Below, piece after piece: positions 55,565-59,701 of a stretch of 59,701 nt of DNA. Under the pieces are notes generated by a model that saw only the letters and a program-made list of their open reading frames with translations, was not told the DNA's origin and did not search any database. The DNA lies in contig DASUHT010000060.1 of the NCBI GenBank assembly GCA_036273335.1, positions 1-59,701 on the forward strand. The letters are read 5' to 3'. Position 1 is the stretch's first letter; every line of letters starts with the position of its first letter. Source of the DNA: Gaiellales bacterium. GTDB lineage: Bacteria > Actinomycetota > Thermoleophilia > Gaiellales > JAICJC01. The translations under genes and the position numbers were made by a program.

Positions 55565-55638
55565 CGGGGCGTGGCGCAGCCTGGTAGCGCACCCGGCTGG
55601 GGGCCGGGCGGTCGCAGGTTCAAATCCTGCCGCCCCGA
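55565..55638 (+). tRNA. tRNA-Pro (anticodon GGG), no encoded CCA
   Basis: Hand fold: acceptor cggggcg/cgccccg, D stem gcgc/gcgc, anticodon stem cccgg/ccggg with loop ctGGGgg, T arm gcagg-ttcaaat-cctgc. Confidence 0.9.
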
Positions 55639-55659
55639 CTGACCCCCTGCGGTCTGCTC

Positions 55660-55683
55660 CGGCCGGAAAGGTACGTCCGGCCG
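55660..55683 (+). terminator. Hairpin downstream of tRNA-Pro
   Basis: cggccgga-aaggtacg-tccggccg, a perfect 8-bp stem. No U-tract. Confidence 0.35.
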
Positions 55684-55810
55684 ACACCGCGGCTTGCGCT
55701 ACCGTCAGCCCGGTGGCCGCTGAGACGACGATCGCATGGTCATGCGAGATCCAGGTGGTCGCGCGACCCCGCTGGCCGCCGGCCGCGGCACCGGCGCGGG
55801 AGCGTGTCCG

Positions 55811-56575
55811 ATGAGCGCGGTCCTTCTGTTCCTGGCCTCGTTCCTCGCCAGCGCCGTCGAAAGCGTCGAGGCGCTGACGATCGTGCTCGCGGTCGGCGTC
55901 ACCCGGGGCTGGCGATCCTCCCTGATCGGCGTGGCGGCCGCAGGTGCCGTCCTGGCGGTGGTGGTGGCGATCGTCGGCCCGGCACTGACCGCGATCCCGA
56001 TCCGGGGTCTTCGCCTGGTCGTCGGCAGCCTGCTGCTGCTCTTCGGGCTGCAGTGGCTGCGCAAGGCGATCCTGCGCGCCAGCGGGCACAAGTCGATACA
56101 CGACGAGGAGGCGATCTACCGCCGGCAGGCCGCCGACGCTGCGGCGGCGGCGGGCCGATCGCGGGGCACGATCGACGACTGGTACGCATTCACGATCGCG
56201 TTCAAGGGTGTGCTCCTGGAGGGCCTCGAGGTGGCCTTCATCGTCGTCACCTTCGGAAGCAACCAGGGAAGCGTCGCACTGGCCGCGGCGGGCGCGCTCT
56301 CTGCCGTCGTGATCGTGACGGCGACCGGCATTGCCGTCCACGCGCCGCTGGCGCGGGTTCCCGAGAACCGGATGAAGCTCGCCGTCGGGCTCCTGCTGAC
56401 GACGTTCGGCACCTTCTGGGCGGGTGAGGGAGCAGGTGTCGGCTGGCCCGGGGGGGACGTCGCCGTGCTGCCGCTGCTGGCCGTCTACGGCATCGGGGCG
56501 TGGCTGCTTGCGCGCTGGCTCGCGGTTGGCCGGTCCGTGCTCCCGGCCGGGGCGTCACCGGGGGCCGGTGCATGA
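55811..56575 (+). CDS. Integral membrane protein, COG4280-like (internal duplication with E-x-x-E-A/V motifs)
   Basis: 'AVESVEALTIVLAVG' and 'LLEGLEVAFIVVTFG' are repeated motifs in a multi-TM protein. Start taken at the ATG of 'MSAVLLFLASF'. Confidence 0.65.
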   Translation: MSAVLLFLASFLASAVESVEALTIVLAVGVTRGWRSSLIGVAAAGAVLAVVVAIVGPALTAIPIRGLRLVVGSLLLLFGLQWLRKAILRASGHKSIHDEEAIYRRQAADAAAAAGRSRGTIDDWYAFTIAFKGVLLEGLEVAFIVVTFGSNQGSVALAAAGALSAVVIVTATGIAVHAPLARVPENRMKLAVGLLLTTFGTFWAGEGAGVGWPGGDVAVLPLLAVYGIGAWLLARWLAVGRSVLPAGASPGAGA

Positions 56576-56829
56576 CGTTCTCGATCGCGCGCGTGGCGCG
56601 TCCGCTGTTCGACTTTGTGGTCGGCGACGACTGGCTCCTGGCCTCGGGCGCCCTGGCCGCCATCGCCGCCGCCGCCGGTCTGGCTGCGGCGGGTGCGGCC
56701 GGCTGGATCGCCGCGCCGGTCGGGGTGGTCGCGGCGCTCGCCTGGTCGCTTCGCCGGGCGACCCGCGGTCAGTCGACCGCCGGCGCCGACTCGGGCGCAG
56801 CGACGTCGATTCGCGAAGATGCCAGGTAG
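56572..56829 (+). CDS. Small membrane protein (85 aa)
   Basis: ATGA overlap with the upstream gene. 'ARPLFDFVVGDDWLLASGALAAIAAA...'. Confidence 0.5.
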   Translation: MTFSIARVARPLFDFVVGDDWLLASGALAAIAAAAGLAAAGAAGWIAAPVGVVAALAWSLRRATRGQSTAGADSGAATSIREDAR

Positions 56830-57584
56830 GCGACGAACCCGACGATGAGGACCGCCAGCAGCAGGCTGACGGTGCCGTAGCCGAGCCCGAGTCCGCCCCG
56901 GGCGTGCGACACCGACATCCAGTCGGCGAACGACGCACCCAGCGGCCGGGTGACGATGTAGGCGAACCAGAAGGCGAGGATCGGGTCCATTGCGAATCGC
57001 CGGTAGGCGATCGCCGGCACCGCGAGCAGGGCCGCGAACATAACGCCCGAGCCGAGGTAGCCCAGCCCCAACGTCCGTGCCGTCATGTCTCCCGCAGCCG
57101 TTCCAAGGGCAAACGTCGCCAGCACCGCCGCCCAGTAGAAGAGCTCTCGCCGGCGGGTCAGGATGCTGTGGATCGAGAGCGTCCCCTCCGACCGTTGCCA
57201 GGTCACGAACACCAACGTCAGGACGACCGCGTAGAAGGTGGTCGAGACGACGTAGGGAATCCCCAGGCCGACATGCAGCACGTCGGCGGCCATCGTGCCG
57301 AAGACACCCACCATGGCCACGGCGAACCAGTATCGCCACGCCGCGTAGCGACCGGCCTGCAGCTGCGACAGCAGGCCGGCGGCGAACGCGGCAGCGCCGA
57401 TCAGCACCGCCGCCGGCGGGCCGAGCGTGTGCACCAGGTAGTCGGACGTCGACTCCCCCATCCCGGTGGTCAGCACCTTGATGATCCAGAAGTAGGCGGT
57501 GATCTCGGGGACGCGGCTGAGGCCGCCCAGCATGGGTGGCCGGACGCGCTGCGGCGCGTCCCGTGGGCTGGTCGGTTCGAGCAT
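56769..57584 (-). CDS. Membrane protein, COG4705-like (uncharacterised membrane-anchored protein)
   Basis: 'EITAYFWIIKVLTTGMGESTSDYL' is a typical N-terminal motif, followed by multiple TM segments. ATG at 57584. Confidence 0.7.
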   Translation of the reverse strand: MLEPTSPRDAPQRVRPPMLGGLSRVPEITAYFWIIKVLTTGMGESTSDYLVHTLGPPAAVLIGAAAFAAGLLSQLQAGRYAAWRYWFAVAMVGVFGTMAADVLHVGLGIPYVVSTTFYAVVLTLVFVTWQRSEGTLSIHSILTRRRELFYWAAVLATFALGTAAGDMTARTLGLGYLGSGVMFAALLAVPAIAYRRFAMDPILAFWFAYIVTRPLGASFADWMSVSHARGGLGLGYGTVSLLLAVLIVGFVAYLASSRIDVAAPESAPAVD

Positions 57585-57707
57585 CCGGCCGAAGATAGAG
57601 AGAGAAGTCTGAACGACCTCTGAGAAGCATTGGCGGCGTCTTGGCTTCGTCCGCCGGGCCCGGTTCTGGCGGCCCAACCGGCAGGCAGCCGCGACCTTCG
57701 TCGCCAG

Positions 57708-57902
57708 TTAGACCCGGATCACCCGCCGCACCTCGCCGATCAACTGGTCGATCGGGGACGGCGTAGTCCCCGTCCAGATGCACACCGCGCGCACCTCGAG
57801 GGAGCAGACGAAGGCGTCGTCCGGCGGGTCGGTGGGGCTGTTGTCACGCAGGCCGGCCTCCACCTCGATCCCGGCACCGCGGGGCAGGCGCCCAGCGGCC
57901 AA
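57708..57902 (-). pseudogene. Orphan coding-like segment (possible gene remnant or 64-aa ORF with TTG start)
   Basis: Strong G/C third-position bias across '...AGIEVEAGLRDNSPTDPPDDAFVCSLEVRAVCIWTGTTPSPIDQLIGEVRRVIRV*'. No ATG/GTG start or RBS. It is loosely reminiscent of the C-terminal half of tautomerase-family proteins. Confidence 0.3.
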
Positions 57903-57979
57903 TCGCCGGCAGCCACACGTTTGCGCGGAAGGGTATTTGGGTAGGACGTGGTTGGAAACCCACCCGATTGGAGGAACAA

Positions 57980-58198
57980 ATGGGTGTTGGAACCTCAATT
58001 GTCCTGATCGCGGTTGGCGCGATCATCCGCTTCGCGGTCAACATCAGCTGGCGCGCGAGCACGGTGAACTGGAACCTGATCGGTGACATCCTGATGGCGA
58101 TCGGCGTCATCGGGCTGCTCGTGTCCATGTTCTGGATGGCCACCGCAAGCCGGCGCTCGGTGACCGTCCGGCATACGGACGATCCGTCCGCCTCGTAG
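57980..58198 (+). CDS. DUF6458-like small membrane protein
   Basis: 'MGVGTSIVLIAVGAIIRFAV...NLIGDILMAIGVIGLLVSMF'. GGAGGA lies 5 nt upstream of the ATG. Confidence 0.7.
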   Translation: MGVGTSIVLIAVGAIIRFAVNISWRASTVNWNLIGDILMAIGVIGLLVSMFWMATASRRSVTVRHTDDPSAS

Positions 58199-58409
58199 TC
58201 CGGGGCGCGGTCGCCGCCAGAGGTTGGACGGGGTCTCGCTGTTCGCCGAGCAGGCGCTGCCAGGGCAGGGGCGGGGCGTCGTGGCCGCGTCGGTCTCGGC
58301 AGCGCTGTCCACCACGTTCTCCGAACATTCACTGCCGGCTCACCCCTCGGTCACCCGAATTGGGCCTGCCAGACGGAAATCGCCCCGCCTTCGGTGCTAG
58401 CCTCAGGGC

Positions 58410-59459
58410 GTGACGGGTCCTCAGGTCGCCAGGGCGGGCGCCCCCGACATACCGGCAAGGGGAGTAAGCGAGGATGTTCCGCTCCCCAATCTCGTCCTGC
58501 CCGGACCCGGGCGGGCGGGCACGACATCGCTCTTCTGGTACCTCGCCCAGCACCCCGAGATCTGCCACTCGTCGATGAAGGAGACGCTCTACTTCACGTC
58601 GCTCTCGGAGACCGAGGAGGGGGCGAGCGGCCGCCTGCCACCGGCATGGGAGTACCGCCGGTACTTTCATCGCTACGCCGGCGAGCGCTACCTGATGGAG
58701 GCATCGCCGCGCTACTTCCAGGGCGGCCGGCGCCTGGTCTCCACCCTCAGCTCGATGCTGCCCGACGCGTCTGTTCTGGTCACCCTGCGTGATCCGGTCA
58801 GCCGTACCTGGTCGATGTACCGATACGCCCGCAGTCATGGCTTCATCCCTGCAGAGCAGACGTTCGACGAGTACGTCGAGCGCTGTGAGGTGCTTGCCCG
58901 CTCCGGGGCGCTTCAATCGGCGGCGAACCGGCCCTACTGGAGCACGCGGGCCAGCCGCTACGCCGACCACCTGCCCCCGTGGCTCGAGCAACTGCCGCCG
59001 GCGCGCCTCCACGTCGTCTTCTTCGAGGATCTGGTCGCCGACGTGCCCGGGACGCTGGAGCGCCTGTGCGACTGGCTTGGGGTCGACTCTGGCCACGTCC
59101 ACGAGTGGGACCTGTCGGTGCGCAACACGAGCGCGGAGGTCCGCTCCGCCGCTCTTCACCGCGTTGCCAGGATCGCCAATCACGAGCGCCTGCTGCGAAA
59201 CCACCAGCGCCTGAAGGCGCCGTTTCGCCGTGCCTATTACGCCGTCAACCGCGGCCAGGAGGAATTGATGCCCGAGGCGACCAGGCGCCGGCTGGAGGAG
59301 ATCTTCCGCGAGCCGAACCGCCGCCTTCGCCAGCAGCTCGCGGCGAGCGGCTATCGCGACGTTCCGCCCTGGCTCGCCGGGCGCCCAGTCCGCCGCCCTG
59401 CCGGCAACGGCCGCCTCGCCGCCTTCGGCGCATCCGGGCGCCCGAGCGGCGGCGGATGA
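58410..59459 (+). CDS. Sulfotransferase family protein
   Basis: 'LPGPGRAGTTSLFWYL' is the 5'-PSB PAPS-binding loop, and 'VTLRDPVSRTWSMY' is the 3'-PB motif. The GTG start lies 6 nt after a TGC-TAGCCT extended -10-like element. Confidence 0.8.
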   Translation: MTGPQVARAGAPDIPARGVSEDVPLPNLVLPGPGRAGTTSLFWYLAQHPEICHSSMKETLYFTSLSETEEGASGRLPPAWEYRRYFHRYAGERYLMEASPRYFQGGRRLVSTLSSMLPDASVLVTLRDPVSRTWSMYRYARSHGFIPAEQTFDEYVERCEVLARSGALQSAANRPYWSTRASRYADHLPPWLEQLPPARLHVVFFEDLVADVPGTLERLCDWLGVDSGHVHEWDLSVRNTSAEVRSAALHRVARIANHERLLRNHQRLKAPFRRAYYAVNRGQEELMPEATRRRLEEIFREPNRRLRQQLAASGYRDVPPWLAGRPVRRPAGNGRLAAFGASGRPSGGG

Positions 59460-59635
59460 CCGGCGCCGGTCCGTATTACAGAGACGACCTGGCGCTTGCC
59501 CACCACCGCGGCTTTGGTTTCCACGCCGAGCTCTGCGCGCCCGGCATCGTGGCGCTTCTCAGGTGCGCCCGTCGTTCGCCGGCGAGCAGCTTCCGCCCGG
59601 GCTGCGGGCGGTCGTTGGCCGCCGGACCTGACTAG
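59456..59635 (+). pseudogene. N-terminal fragment of a SAM-dependent methyltransferase-like gene (premature stop after 59 codons)
   Basis: ATGA overlap with the sulfotransferase. 'YYRDDLALAHHRGFGFHAELCAPGIVALL...PGCG' looks like a methyltransferase N-terminus but ends at TAG 59633..59635. Confidence 0.35.
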
Positions 59636-59700
59636 CCGCCTTTGCGCGCGGCCGGCGCCCGCCAGGCGGCCTCCCGCCTGACCCAGATGTCGGTGACGAT
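59632..59700 (-). CDS. Possible 3' end of a minus-strand gene entering from beyond the window
   Basis: 23 codons '...IVTDIWVRREAAWRAPAARKGG*' with G/C-rich third positions. Too short to judge. Confidence 0.2.
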   Translation of the reverse strand: MVTDIWVRREAAWRAPAARKGG

Positions 59701-59701
59701 C

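Overview
High-G+C bacterial chromosomal segment (about 70% G+C by eye). Frequent GTG/TTG starts, 4-nt start/stop overlaps and short or absent leaders suggest an Actinomycetota-like or related lineage; this is inference. All calls come from reading the ORF translations and DNA by eye, with no database search. I support about 66 protein genes and 2 tRNAs.

Most of the window is core housekeeping:
- thrS, the infC-rpmI-rplT operon with a TrmH-family methyltransferase, pheS-pheT and proS.
- An E1alpha/E1beta/E2 2-oxoacid dehydrogenase operon, with lpd transcribed divergently.

Accessory blocks are interleaved with this core:
- 0.6-4.5 kb: a lower-G+C patch of small genes next to tRNA-Val.
- 4.5-7.7 kb: a zinc-ribbon/class III cyclase/STAND-ATPase/TPR protein.
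- 11.9-13.8 kb: a GH9 glycosidase preceded by a perfect 17-bp palindrome.
- 17.2-19.1 kb: a convergent, overlapping two-component pair.
- 21.2-31.2 kb: a GntR-headed locus with three different amidohydrolases (C45, creatininase-like, DmpA/S58), a 5-gene peptide-type ABC importer, a Kal-like hotdog protein and a Kdd-N-terminus-like micro-ORF.
- 39.9-44.7 kb: a YcnI/CopCD/TlpA/MauE copper-redox operon flanked by two M29 aminopeptidase paralogs.
- 54.1-55.6 kb: an XRE gene plus an ECF sigma/anti-sigma module beside tRNA-Pro.
- 58.4-59.7 kb: a sulfotransferase at the window edge.

I saw no rRNA, transposase, integrase, cas genes, real CRISPR array or recognisable defence system. The best candidates for something undescribed are:
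- the 21-31 kb amide/peptide utilisation locus, possibly for beta-peptides or beta-amino acids;
- the repeat-rich 272-bp convergent intergenic region at 46.5 kb;
- the paired short direct repeats with a GGGGCC-T-GGCCCC core in two convergent intergenic regions;
- an attenuator-like infC leader carrying the only T7 run I noticed.
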